A DNA stretch of 64,000 nucleotides from Opitutaceae bacterium (GTDB taxonomy: Bacteria > Verrucomicrobiota > Verrucomicrobiia > Opitutales > Coraliomargaritaceae): assembly GCA_051252375.1 (NCBI GenBank), contig JBPOFY010000003.1, positions 352,001 to 416,000 of the forward strand, given 5' to 3'. How positions within the stretch are numbered: position 1 is the stretch's first letter; each line of letters opens with the position of its first letter. Below the pieces are notes generated by a model. It ran no database searches, had not been told where the DNA came from, and saw nothing but the letters and a program-made list of their open reading frames with translations. Position numbers and translations under genes: made by a program. This document shows, piece after piece, positions 36,913 through 47,800 of the stretch.

Positions 36913-37539
36913 TTAAACCTCAGCTGCTTTAGCGAGAGCTTGCTTCACCTGCGCGGTGATACCGCTCCAGTCCTTGTTGGCAATTTGCGCTTTAGTCGCT
37001 AACCATGATCCGCCAATCGCGAATACTTCTGGCACGGCGAGGTATTCATTCATGTTGTCGAGTGAGACACCACCTGTTGGGCAAAATTTCACGCCTAGGT
37101 TTGAATAAGGAGCGACCATTGATTTTAGCATGTTAACGCCACCAGCTGCACCCGCGGGGAAGAACTTTAAGTGCTTACAGCCTGCTTTGATTGCGGCTTG
37201 TATGTCGCTCGGCGTCATGATGCCCGGAATGAATGGTGTATCGCGACTCTTGAAGTAGGCGATGGTTTCTGGGTCGGTGCCCGGAGCGAGTCCGAACTTA
37301 CTGCCGGAGTCGATCGCGATTTTCGCTTGTTCCGGCGTCACGACGGTGCCAGCACCCACAAGCATATCAGGGAATTCGTTAGCAATTGATTCGATCGCAC
37401 CAGCTGCTGCCTGAGTGCGGAATGTCACTTCGATGATGTTGAGACCGCCCTCGAGCAGTGCGTTAGCAAGTGGTTTTGCATCCGCTACGTTATCAATGAC
37501 GATGACAGGGATGACTGGGAATTGGTCTAATTGTGACAT
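36913..37539 (-). CDS. eda: KDPG/KHG aldolase
   Basis: VIPVIVI, IEVTFRT, VGAGTV, LKFFPA, PTGGV, GGSWL. Confidence 0.95.
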   Translation of the reverse strand: MSQLDQFPVIPVIVIDNVADAKPLANALLEGGLNIIEVTFRTQAAAGAIESIANEFPDMLVGAGTVVTPEQAKIAIDSGSKFGLAPGTDPETIAYFKSRDTPFIPGIMTPSDIQAAIKAGCKHLKFFPAGAAGGVNMLKSMVAPYSNLGVKFCPTGGVSLDNMNEYLAVPEVFAIGGSWLATKAQIANKDWSGITAQVKQALAKAAEV

Positions 37540-37661
37540 ATTTATGCTTTCTAGTGATTGAGTGGAAAATGAATGTTACTTTTGTGGCGTAGATTAAGCA
37601 AAGTTTGGTGGATGATGCGATGCCTTAGTTGTGTGGGGAAGTAACTTTTAGTAGCTATGTA

Positions 37662-37675
37662 TTTTCACTGGAAAC
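37662..37675. promoter_or_regulatory. Putative operator, motif TTWCACTGGWAA (copy 4)
   Basis: TTTTCACTGGAAAC about 120 bp upstream of eda. Confidence 0.5.
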
Positions 37676-37687
37676 GTTATGAGCAAG

Positions 37688-38953
37688 TCAGCTTTTCTTG
37701 CTTTTGCGCTGGTTGGCAAGAATACCCATTACGTCAGAGGGAGGGCGTTTGGAGTGATAAAGCTCCGCCATGACTTTCATTGCTGGATCGATATGATTAA
37801 AGAACTTTTTGTAGGATGGGCACAGGTAGTTCAGCCCCCATTCTCCGTCCGGAGTCCACGTGAAACGATGCTTCGGGCATTCTCCGTTGCAGGCGAAGCG
37901 CACGCTACAATCACGGCAATATTTAGGCAGTGTGTCGCGCTTGGCATTACCGAACTCTTGAGCCATTGGGCTGTCCGCTAGCTGGGCGAGCGAGGTGTTC
38001 ATTAGGTTGCCGAGCTTGTATTTTGGATACACGTAGTGGTCGCAGGTATAGACGTCGCCATCGTGTTCCATTGCGAGCGCACGGCCACAGGTCTCGGCGA
38101 AATAGCAGAGGCCGCCTGGGATGTTTAGCCATTTTCCCAGAGCAACATCGAACAACTGCACGTATGTCTTGCCGACGTCGCGTTTGATCCACTCGTTGAA
38201 AATTTTGATCAGGAAATCGCCATAGGCTTCAGCCGGCACCGCGAACTCTGACATGCGCGGGTTCTCCTTAGTGTCGGGTGCTTCTTTTAGATTCGGTGGA
38301 GCGGCGAAATCAAGCCCGAGCTTGGCTGCGGCTGTATCGACTTCACGCTCAACGATCGGAATGAATTGTATGTATTTAGAGCCGATGCTCTTCAGGAATT
38401 TGTAGATCTTAACCGGGTGCTGAACAGTTATCGAATTAACACAGGTGAGGGTATTAAACTCGACCTTGTATTTACGCAGGATGTTGAGACCTCGAATGAC
38501 ATCCTTATAAGAATCGCGACCCTTTTTGTCCACGCGGTTGGCATTATGTAAATCCTCCGGTCCATCAATCGACAGACCTACCAGAAACTTGTTTTCAGAG
38601 AGGAATTGCCCCCATTCATCATCTATTAGGGTGCCGTTTGTTTGGAAGGCGGTATTGATGCGCTTGCCATTGGCGTGCTTCTTTTGGAATTCAACGACCT
38701 TACGGAAATAGTTCACTCCGAGTAGGGTGGGTTCGCCTCCTTGGAAGGCGAAGTTCACCTCGTGCCCAGGTTGAGCGGCGATGTAGTCGCGCACGAATGT
38801 CTCCAAACGCTCATCGGACATTTTCCACTTCTCGTTGTCCGGGTAGAGCTGTTCCTTCTCCAGATAGAAGCAGTATTTGCAATCTAAATTACAGATCGGA
38901 CCAATGGCCTTGGCCATGATGTGGAAGGGTGCTTTTGCCGCTACTTTGTTCAT
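37688..38953 (-). CDS. Anaerobic sulfatase-maturating enzyme (radical SAM/SPASM; AslB/ChuR family)
   Basis: CNLDCKYCFYL, QGGEPTL, CYFAETCG, YTCDHYV, CRDC...CNGECPKHR, NYLC. Confidence 0.93.
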   Translation of the reverse strand: MNKVAAKAPFHIMAKAIGPICNLDCKYCFYLEKEQLYPDNEKWKMSDERLETFVRDYIAAQPGHEVNFAFQGGEPTLLGVNYFRKVVEFQKKHANGKRINTAFQTNGTLIDDEWGQFLSENKFLVGLSIDGPEDLHNANRVDKKGRDSYKDVIRGLNILRKYKVEFNTLTCVNSITVQHPVKIYKFLKSIGSKYIQFIPIVEREVDTAAAKLGLDFAAPPNLKEAPDTKENPRMSEFAVPAEAYGDFLIKIFNEWIKRDVGKTYVQLFDVALGKWLNIPGGLCYFAETCGRALAMEHDGDVYTCDHYVYPKYKLGNLMNTSLAQLADSPMAQEFGNAKRDTLPKYCRDCSVRFACNGECPKHRFTWTPDGEWGLNYLCPSYKKFFNHIDPAMKVMAELYHSKRPPSDVMGILANQRKSKKS

Positions 38954-39003
38954 TTTATCGGAGAGGCAGCAATGACACCTTTCGTATGCCCACTTGCTTG
39001 AGG

Positions 39004-39954
39004 TTACGCGAAATTTTCAGTGATGAGCACTTCGCAATCATCACTCACTTCGTATTCAAATGAGTGTTTGGCAGGCAGAAGGGCATTGTCGCCACGTGTT
39101 AGCGTGGTGCCATCACTGACTTCTTTGAGGCTACCTTTGACCACGCTGAGTATGCGCGGTTTCCCGGCTTCGAAAGAGATGCGATCACCTGCAGTATTGA
39201 CGATCTTGCTGAGATTGAATTCGTCGCACTCTGCGAGTGTTTGAGAGGCTCCGTTCGCTTTGATCGTTTCTGGCTCGAAGTCATTGAAGTCCGAACTGAG
39301 CATCGATTGTTCGATATGTAACTGACGTGGTTCGCCGTCCAATCCAACACGTCCCCAGTCATATACCCGGTAAGTGGTGTCGGAGTTTTGTTGGATTTCA
39401 AGAATCAGGTTACCGCCACCGATCGCGTGGATGCGACCGCTCGGGATGAAGATCGATTCACCTTCTTTTACCGACATCGTGTGAACCAGTGGTTCGAGAT
39501 TGTTTGCTTGTAGACCCGCTTCAAAATCTTGACGAGTTACGCCTTTTTTCAGACCTGCCATCAGTGTGGCGTGTGGCTCCGCATCGGCAATATACCAGTT
39601 CTCAGTTTTAGGTTCTCCGTTGAGGCTGGGAGCAATTGCAGCAGGTGGGTGAACCTGGAGGCTGAGCTTTTCTTGGCAATCGAGCCATTTTACAAGGATA
39701 GGGAAAGGTTTTTCGGGCGACCAGCCAGCGCCCATGATGCCCTCTGGGTCGGCTGAGATGAGCTCGCGAATGCTGTTGCCTTCAGATGTGGTGGATTGTG
39801 CTTCCGGGCGATCGACGATTTCCCAGCTTTCGCCGATTACCTTATTTTCAGGTAGGGTGCGTCCCAGTTTGCTTCCGAAATTAGTGCCGCCCCAGACGCG
39901 CTCCTGATAGATTGGTGTAAAGAGAATGTGTTTCATGATTTGAGTCCGATTCAT
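39004..39954 (-). CDS. manA: Mannose-6-phosphate isomerase, type I
   Basis: ERVWGG, GESWE, LSLQVHP, KTENWYI, IHAIG, EIQQNSDTTYRVYDW; start may be 39936. Confidence 0.88.
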   Translation of the reverse strand: MNRTQIMKHILFTPIYQERVWGGTNFGSKLGRTLPENKVIGESWEIVDRPEAQSTTSEGNSIRELISADPEGIMGAGWSPEKPFPILVKWLDCQEKLSLQVHPPAAIAPSLNGEPKTENWYIADAEPHATLMAGLKKGVTRQDFEAGLQANNLEPLVHTMSVKEGESIFIPSGRIHAIGGGNLILEIQQNSDTTYRVYDWGRVGLDGEPRQLHIEQSMLSSDFNDFEPETIKANGASQTLAECDEFNLSKIVNTAGDRISFEAGKPRILSVVKGSLKEVSDGTTLTRGDNALLPAKHSFEYEVSDDCEVLITENFA

Positions 39955-40085
39955 AAGGTATCAGCTTGAGTTAGGACAAGGTTTTACTGATCAAATAGCA
40001 ATTAAGACTACGGGGACCAGATACGGATATTCGCTTTTACAGGTCGCATTATCGCATCGAATGCGTTTGGTTGGGCGGCACGATT

Positions 40086-41900
40086 ATGAAGAGACTTGAA
40101 TTTATATCAGCACTCGTGGTGTTGCTGGCACTTCCTTTGATGACGATGGCTCAGAGCCGACCTAATATTCTCTGGCTGACGAGTGAAGACAACAGCACTG
40201 AATGGGTCGGATGTTACGGTAATCCACATGCGCAGACTCCGAATCTCGACCAGTTGGCTAAGGACGGGTTTCAATATATGCATGCATACGCCAATGCGCC
40301 GGTTTGTGCACCTTCTCGCAGCACTTGGATCACTGGAATGCTCTCGATCTCCAATGGCACTTTTCCCATGCGTAGTCGGTATGAGATTCCTCATGATCGC
40401 ATCCAATACTATCCGGATCACTTAAAAGCCAATGGCTACTTCGTCGGGAACGACGCGAAGACTGATTACAATATTGGTGGGCGTGATGACAGTGATTGCT
40501 GGGACAATGCGAAAAAAGTTGATTGGGACGTGCTGGAAAATAATCAGCCGTTTTTTCAGGTTATAAACTTTAAGAATTCTCACGAGAGTAGAGCGCAAGG
40601 CGATGTGAACAATACGGAGCATGATCCGTCCGATACTCAGCTACGTGCGTATCATCCGGATCTTCCCGACATTCGGAAGAATTATGCCAAATATCACGAT
40701 GCCATGAAGAAAATGGATTCTGAAATCGGGGACTCACTTCTTAAATTGAAAGAAATGGGCTTAGGCGAGAATACCATTGTGATTTATAACTCCGACCACG
40801 GCGGGGTGTTGCCACGGAGTAAGCGTTATCTTTTTCAGAGCGGTCTGCACTGCCCATTGATTCTAAGAATCCCCGAAGCCTATAAGGACCTTTGGCCTGC
40901 TTCGACAACCGGTTCGAAAATCGAGCGTTTGGTTAGTTATGTGGATATGCCAATCACATGGCTGAGCCTGACCGGTAGTCAGGTCCCTGAAGTGATGCAG
41001 GGCACGATCTTTCTTGGACCACAAACTGAACCCGAACAGGCATTTCATTTTGCCTTTCGTGGGCGCATGGATGAGCGAGTCGAGAACGCTCGAGCGATCT
41101 GCAATAAGCGCTACCTCTACATCCGCAATTATATGCCTTATGTGCCATGGGTTCAGCACCTCGAATTTCTCTGGAAAATGAAAGCCACGCAGGCGTGGGA
41201 AGCGCATGTCACTTCGGGGAAGGCCTCGGAGGCGCAGGCGCGTTTCTTTAAACCGAAGGTTTGGACGGAAGAGTTGTATGACATGCAAAATGATCCGGAT
41301 AACCTTAATAACTTGATAGCAAATCCGGAGGTTCAGGAAACAGCAGCTTCGCTGCGTGCAGCGCTGCGCGAACAGCAAATACAGTTCTACGATGCCGGAC
41401 TCATTCCCGAATCTGAAATGGTTAAGCGTGCCGCTGATCAACAACTTACAATTTATGATTACGTGCGTGATTCCAAGTTATACGATGTGCCTGCGCTCTT
41501 AGATGCTGCCGACCTAGCGCTGGAGCAGAGCCCTGGAAATCTAACTGCGCTACAGGAACTCTTAGGCAGTTCAGATGCTGGGGTCCGCTATTGGGCGGTC
41601 GTAGGTTGTTTTCTTTTAAAAGATTCTACACATGCGTTGAAATACTTGAATGATGAATCGCATGAGGTTCGTGTGATGGCTGCTTGGACGTTGGTTAAAT
41701 CTGATAATAAGGAAGCTGGTTTCCAATGCCTGCAGAGTTTGTTGGAACAGAATTCCTATGCTTCGCTGACTATCTTGAACATAGTTGACTGGATGGATGA
41801 GGATGGCAGAAAGCTGATGCCGGCCGTGCGGGTATTTCCTGCAAAAGAAAAATCCTATGAAGAAAGGATGAAGAATTATCTCCTTAAAAAATTCAATTAA
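40086..41900 (+). CDS. Secreted sulfatase (S1) with C-terminal HEAT-like repeats
   Basis: Signal peptide; RPNILWLTSED, CAPSRS, KTDYN, SDHGG; C-terminal DAGVRYWAV and DESHEVRVMAA. Confidence 0.92.
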   Translation: MKRLEFISALVVLLALPLMTMAQSRPNILWLTSEDNSTEWVGCYGNPHAQTPNLDQLAKDGFQYMHAYANAPVCAPSRSTWITGMLSISNGTFPMRSRYEIPHDRIQYYPDHLKANGYFVGNDAKTDYNIGGRDDSDCWDNAKKVDWDVLENNQPFFQVINFKNSHESRAQGDVNNTEHDPSDTQLRAYHPDLPDIRKNYAKYHDAMKKMDSEIGDSLLKLKEMGLGENTIVIYNSDHGGVLPRSKRYLFQSGLHCPLILRIPEAYKDLWPASTTGSKIERLVSYVDMPITWLSLTGSQVPEVMQGTIFLGPQTEPEQAFHFAFRGRMDERVENARAICNKRYLYIRNYMPYVPWVQHLEFLWKMKATQAWEAHVTSGKASEAQARFFKPKVWTEELYDMQNDPDNLNNLIANPEVQETAASLRAALREQQIQFYDAGLIPESEMVKRAADQQLTIYDYVRDSKLYDVPALLDAADLALEQSPGNLTALQELLGSSDAGVRYWAVVGCFLLKDSTHALKYLNDESHEVRVMAAWTLVKSDNKEAGFQCLQSLLEQNSYASLTILNIVDWMDEDGRKLMPAVRVFPAKEKSYEERMKNYLLKKFN

Positions 41901-41904
41901 AGCG

Positions 41905-44613
41905 ATGCGTCTACCCCTATTTTATTTTCTATCCCTAGTGTCTTGTTCGCTTGGTCTTTCATTGTCGGCTGAAATTGAAGCACCCGTTGAGTTAGTGATT
42001 AATGAAGGCTTTGAGACCCCAATTGGTTTTTACGATTCGGAACCGCGCTTTTCCTGGAAATTGAAGGGGGAGTCGCAAGGATTGAGGCAACAAGCTTATG
42101 AGGTGCTTGTTACCTCTGCCGACGGCAACAAGCTGTGGGGTAGTGGACGTGTCGATTCAGATCAATCGATCGATGTTCCCTACGCTGGGCGTCCTTTAAA
42201 GTCCCGTGAAGTGGCGCAGTGGCGTGTTCGTTTTTGGGATCAGTCGGGCAACGCATCAGCATGGTCTGATTGGGCGCGAATTGAATTAGGTCTATTGAAT
42301 AACTCGGATTGGTCGGGGCAATGGATTCATCAAATACCAAAAACTGCAGATGCAATCGAAGAGAGCTTTGGACAGGTTGTTTACTTCCGAAAGACATTCA
42401 ATGCGGATGCGCGCACTAAAACGGGGCGGCTCTATATTACATCCAAAGGCATTTTTGAAATATCAATCAATGGGCAGAAAGTCGGGCGCGACGTCTTTGT
42501 TCCCGGCTTTACCGATTACCATAAGCGGATCGAGACACTGACATATGATGTGACTGAGTTGGTGCGTGCCGGCGAAAATGTGATCACCGCGCAAGTCGCG
42601 AATGGTTGGTATGCTGGTCGCTTGATGTGGAATAAGAAGAAGCATTTTTGGGGGCAACATCCGGAACTACTTGTGCAGCTCGAATTGGAAGATGAGATGG
42701 ATCAACTTGTGACGGTCGTCAGTGATGAGACATGGCTCTATACTATAGATGGCCCCATCGTGATGGCTGACATCTATAATGGTGAGGATTATGATGCGCG
42801 ACTTGAGCTGCGTGATTCTGATGAGAAGAAAATGAAGTTGGTTGCGGTCAGCCCCGTTGAAGCGATGCCGCTGCTGATGCCTAAGCGCTTTGCGCCATCA
42901 CGAGTGACGCGAACGTTGCAGTCTGTAAGCGTCTCACGCATTTCGGAGCAGAGTGTAATTTTTGACTTAGGGCAGAACATGGTTGGTTGGCCAGAGATTC
43001 ATCTGCCGGTCATTGCTGGGCAAACGATTCAGATTCGAGTCGCTGAAATGCTGCAAGCAGATGGATCCATTTACACGGAGAACTACCGCTCTGCGCGCTC
43101 AATGGCGAACTATACTCCGGCTAAAACAGGCGTCATTCAATGGAAGCCGACTTTCTCCTTCTTTGGCTTTCGCTATGTCGAAGTGACTGGTTTTGATCCA
43201 AAAGCAGCGCCGACGCTTGATTGGGTTCGTGGGCATGTGGTGCATACAGACTTTAAGCAAGTGGGGGAGTTTACATCTTCACATGCGAAGCTGAATCAGC
43301 TGCAGCAAAATATACAGTGGGGGCAGATTGGTAACTTTCTAGATATTCCAACTGATTGTCCGCAGCGTGATGAGCGATTGGGTTGGACTGGTGATGCTCA
43401 GGTATTTGCTGCGACGTCGTTATTTAATTTCGACACACATGCATTCTGGGCATCATGGCTTCAGTCGGTGCGTGAGAATCAACAACCCAATGGTGCGGTT
43501 TCAAATTTTGTGCCCGCTCCCCCGGGGCATGCCAAGGGCACATCACCAGGATGGGGGGATTGTGCCTTTATCATTCCATGGGAGTTGTATGTGCGGACAG
43601 GCGACATTGAGGTCCTACGTGAGAATTATGAAATGATGTGTAAGCGAGTCCAGTGGTATGCGAATGCGAGCAAAGATGGGCTGGTTGAATTTAAGGGTTT
43701 TGGTGACTGGTTGCAGCCCATCCTCGTAGGCAAAGCGATGAGAGGGGATACCTCGATGCAATTGATTTCGACTGCTTTCTATGGCTACGGCGCATCACTG
43801 TGTGCTAAAGCTGCAGCAGTGTTGGGCAAGCCGGAGGATGTGCTCAAATACGAAGCATTGTTTGATGAGTTGCGCACGGCGGCATCGGCACACTTTTTAG
43901 ATGATAGCGGTAAGCTGACCACCGCAGTGGAAACGCAGACAGGCTACTTATTGCTCTTGGGCTTTGATTTGGTGCCAAGTCAGCGACGGAGTGAAGTCGC
44001 GGCGCAATTGTCAGCCAGAATTAAAGCAGATGGGAATCGTCTCAATACAGGTTTTCTCGGCACTCCGTTGATCAATCGCGTGTTGGATGACTCGGGTCAT
44101 TTAGAGCAAGCAATTGCCGTTCTCTTTACGAATGAATATCCATCTTGGTTTTACTCCATCGATCAAGGCGCCACGACAATGTGGGAGCGTTGGAATAGCT
44201 ATAGCCATGCAAACGGTTTTGGTAATAAGTCGATGAACTCCTTTAATCACTATGCATATGGTGCGGTGGGGCAATGGATGTATGAGCGACTTGCCGGTCT
44301 GGCGCCTGACCCGAAGCACCCCGGCTATAAGCATATGATTCTACGACCGATTTTAAATGGTCCACTGACCTCTGCTAGTGTGAGCATTGATACGCGCTAT
44401 GGTCGAGCATCCAGCGCTTGGCAAAAAACAGGAGACACTTATGTGCTCGATATCTTGATACCGGCAAACACGACAGGCACGCTCTATTTGCCAGATTACG
44501 TAGAAATCCTTTCGGGGGTGGAGCCGACTGAAACGGAAACTGATGGCAGCTCTCGAGTAGAGCTCCATTCCGGCCCATTTTCCTTGAAACTACGTGACCG
44601 ACCAGCGCTTTAA
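41905..44613 (+). CDS. GH78 alpha-L-rhamnosidase
   Basis: FDLGQNMVG, PTDCPQRDERLGWTGD, GATTMWERW, NSFNHYAYG. Confidence 0.92.
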   Translation: MRLPLFYFLSLVSCSLGLSLSAEIEAPVELVINEGFETPIGFYDSEPRFSWKLKGESQGLRQQAYEVLVTSADGNKLWGSGRVDSDQSIDVPYAGRPLKSREVAQWRVRFWDQSGNASAWSDWARIELGLLNNSDWSGQWIHQIPKTADAIEESFGQVVYFRKTFNADARTKTGRLYITSKGIFEISINGQKVGRDVFVPGFTDYHKRIETLTYDVTELVRAGENVITAQVANGWYAGRLMWNKKKHFWGQHPELLVQLELEDEMDQLVTVVSDETWLYTIDGPIVMADIYNGEDYDARLELRDSDEKKMKLVAVSPVEAMPLLMPKRFAPSRVTRTLQSVSVSRISEQSVIFDLGQNMVGWPEIHLPVIAGQTIQIRVAEMLQADGSIYTENYRSARSMANYTPAKTGVIQWKPTFSFFGFRYVEVTGFDPKAAPTLDWVRGHVVHTDFKQVGEFTSSHAKLNQLQQNIQWGQIGNFLDIPTDCPQRDERLGWTGDAQVFAATSLFNFDTHAFWASWLQSVRENQQPNGAVSNFVPAPPGHAKGTSPGWGDCAFIIPWELYVRTGDIEVLRENYEMMCKRVQWYANASKDGLVEFKGFGDWLQPILVGKAMRGDTSMQLISTAFYGYGASLCAKAAAVLGKPEDVLKYEALFDELRTAASAHFLDDSGKLTTAVETQTGYLLLLGFDLVPSQRRSEVAAQLSARIKADGNRLNTGFLGTPLINRVLDDSGHLEQAIAVLFTNEYPSWFYSIDQGATTMWERWNSYSHANGFGNKSMNSFNHYAYGAVGQWMYERLAGLAPDPKHPGYKHMILRPILNGPLTSASVSIDTRYGRASSAWQKTGDTYVLDILIPANTTGTLYLPDYVEILSGVEPTETETDGSSRVELHSGPFSLKLRDRPAL

Positions 44614-44854
44614 ATGCCATAGAATTACCATCAAACGGGATCTGACAATTGGCTGGTTACATCGATCTCGGCTTGGCCGCTAGATATCAGTTACAATCGG
44701 GGCACAATATACTGCATAAATGCTACTTTTTTTGTAAGATTCTGGGAAAATAGGTGTTAATAATGTCAAACACTACTATATTGCCTATTTTATACGCTAT
44801 CACTCTGCGAAAACTGTCCGTCATAAGTCTCTCATTTCGCGATTATAAAACCCT

Positions 44855-47800
44855 ATGTATACTTTTTTAGCTGGTCGAGGAACACGCTCGAATAAAAACC
44901 AAGGTTTTGCGCTCATCATTGCGCTGAGTCTCATGGCGTTTGTGTTGTTGCTGCTATTGAGCATAACGACGCTCGTCCAAGTAGAGACCCAAAGTGCAGA
45001 CACAGGTAAGCGAGCGATGGAGGCGCGAATGAATGCCCAATTGGGGCTACAAGTCGCATTTGGCGAAATTCAACGCACCTTGGGGCCCGATGCGCGCGTG
45101 TCGGCCAATGCATCGGTTTTGGATAGTGATCCGTCGACCGCAGAGATCGACGGTATTGAGCACTCACATTGGTTAGGCGTGTATCCAACGGTTAATCCTA
45201 CAGATGTTAATGACAGCCTACTGGATCCGAAAGCGCTGCGAGACTGGAGCCTTGCGCGGGTTCAATGGCTGATTTCAGGGCAAGACAAGACGAGCCTTGA
45301 TCCCACATTGGCGCTGACTTCTGACGCGGTGACGCTCGCTCAGTTTATCGACGATCCCACTATACAGATACCGGCACACGATCAAATGGGTAGCCTAGCT
45401 GCTACATCATTGAGTAAAGCTCAAGCCGAGCTCGTTGAGATTGATACAGGTGCGAGCACATCTGGCAATTATGCCTATTGGGTAGGGGATGAAAGTATGA
45501 AAGCGCGCGTCAACACGCAGGCTTCTGAATCAGGAGGTGATGTTCTGGGCGGGGTCGAGGTCAATACCGTTCAACAGCAGCAATCCAATTACCTCGTGAC
45601 ACAGGGCACCAATTTTTCCACATGGCTGCCTGGCTATGCAGACAGTTTGCCGAACCTAAATAAAGTCATCGCAGCGGGCGAACTAGAGTCACTTGCGAAC
45701 ATTTCAGGTGGCACCGCATGGGAGAACTGGAGTGTGTTGAATCAGGACAAATTTACGCCTTATTCATTCTCATTGCCGGTGGATGTCGTAAACGGTCGCC
45801 TGAAAAAAGACCTCACCGCATATTTTAAAGGCACCGATACTAGGCTTGATGGGGAATCCATAATCGATCCTCGTTTCACTGTGACTGCCGATCGGTTCCC
45901 GACTTTCGATCTACTCAAACAGTGGGCGACGATGGTGGACGACAACCAGACCGCTCAAGAAGTAGTGGCTCCTGACAACGACGCATCCAATCCGCAGCAT
46001 GGGCTTCACCCTGTAATCACTCAAGGAGCTGTGGCCATGAAGCTTAGCTACAAAATAATAGGGGATAAAACATTCAAACCAGTCTATATGTTCATGCCTC
46101 AAATCCAGCTGTTGAATCCGCACAATGTGCCGCTCGAGGCTCAAGATTACATTATTCAAGTCGGATTTCAGTTCAGATGGTGGATGCAAATGAATGTTCA
46201 GCCGTATCCCAAAGATCGAGGCACAGATGATGCAACCTGGTCAGGTGGCAACCCAGAGTTTCGCTCATGGACGGCAACCAATGGGCAAGAGCCACTACCA
46301 GTACACAAACCTGCTGCTAACGAGGACATTGATTATCAGGGCAATAAACGGTTTTTCACCTTTGTGATCAAAAACCAGGCTTTCGAGCCGGGAGAATCCC
46401 TCATTTTTTACGCCAAACCGCCATCATCTGGCGAACCTGCTGGGGTAGAGTATAATTTGAATTCAGATGCGGATACCGACATTCTGAACAACTACTCCAG
46501 CGACGAGGATCTCAACCTAATATGGAATGAAGGCGCTCTGGATGATTCCTTTTTTTACGTGGTCAGCCCGTCTGTAGGCACTCTTGTAAAAACTTATACG
46601 CCAATTCCAAATTTTAACGTTTCGATGAAATCAGAGTCCAATTTCCGATCAAGTATTACTGGCTCTGGTGCCAACTCAGATGAGGACCTCGAGATGCACG
46701 TCAATCTGTATGCATTCCTAGATAACGAGCCGTTGCTGCTTCACGCGATAAGAAAGGGGCAGAAGAACGAACGTTTCGGCAACTGGCAACGCCCGACATT
46801 TCCGCTAAGTTATTATCAGGCTGGTAATAAACCCGCTGACGACATCTCACCTAAATATGGAGGTAAAAACCCTCTGGTTAATTTGGGTTCATCGATGCTG
46901 GTCAGTAATTTTGACATCTTTGATGGAGGTTCAAATATGAACCTTCCACCAAATGCAGGGCAACCGCACGCGGTTCTCGCAAATTGGAACATCCGCAACC
47001 AAGAGAGCTTTTCAAAATCAGATGACTGGTCATCGGGATCTGTGGAAGCGTCGGCATGGTTGAGCACTTTTTCATTCCGCGAAGTTAAGGAATTCTTGGA
47101 GACATGGGAATACAGCGACAACCTTTACGGAAATCCCTCCACTGACCGACTTGGAGGTTGGCACCAGTCGCTTATCCAAGGCACTGTGTATCCTTTTTTC
47201 GATTACCCAACGAGTCCCTACGGACCAGTCTCTATGGGCAGCTTTCAACACGCAAATTTATCAGTCTATGGGTGGCAACCGACTTATGCATTTGGAAATG
47301 CCCAAGCGCCGGCGCGCTTTGACCGTAGTTTGACTAAGGATCCTTCAAATGCGGATTTGTATGATATTTCCTATCTGATGAACGCCTCGATTTGGGATAG
47401 TTGCTACCTGAGCACCGTTCCGCAGACTGGTGTCGCATTAGAAAGCGGCATGCGTCTCCCGAACAGTCGACAATATCTCACCAGCATCAACGGCGAAGGT
47501 CCTCTGGATCCGGCACAACTCACCAATACCAAGGGCTTTGATCTCTCCGCCGCCAGCATCATGGTTCATGGTGGATTTAATGTGAATTCCACCTCCCTCA
47601 CTGCATGGAAGGCATTCCTCTCGGGTGCACTTGGGCAGAGCGTGGAGACGACTCATAATACTGTGCCAAGTAATGTCGATACTGCTGCCGCCATGGGGCG
47701 TTTCTTTGTCCCTTTACTGGATGAACCATCCACTGTAGCCGCCGACAGAAGCCAAATCAATTTTAACGCTCCTAACAGTTGGGCAGCGACTCGAACATTA

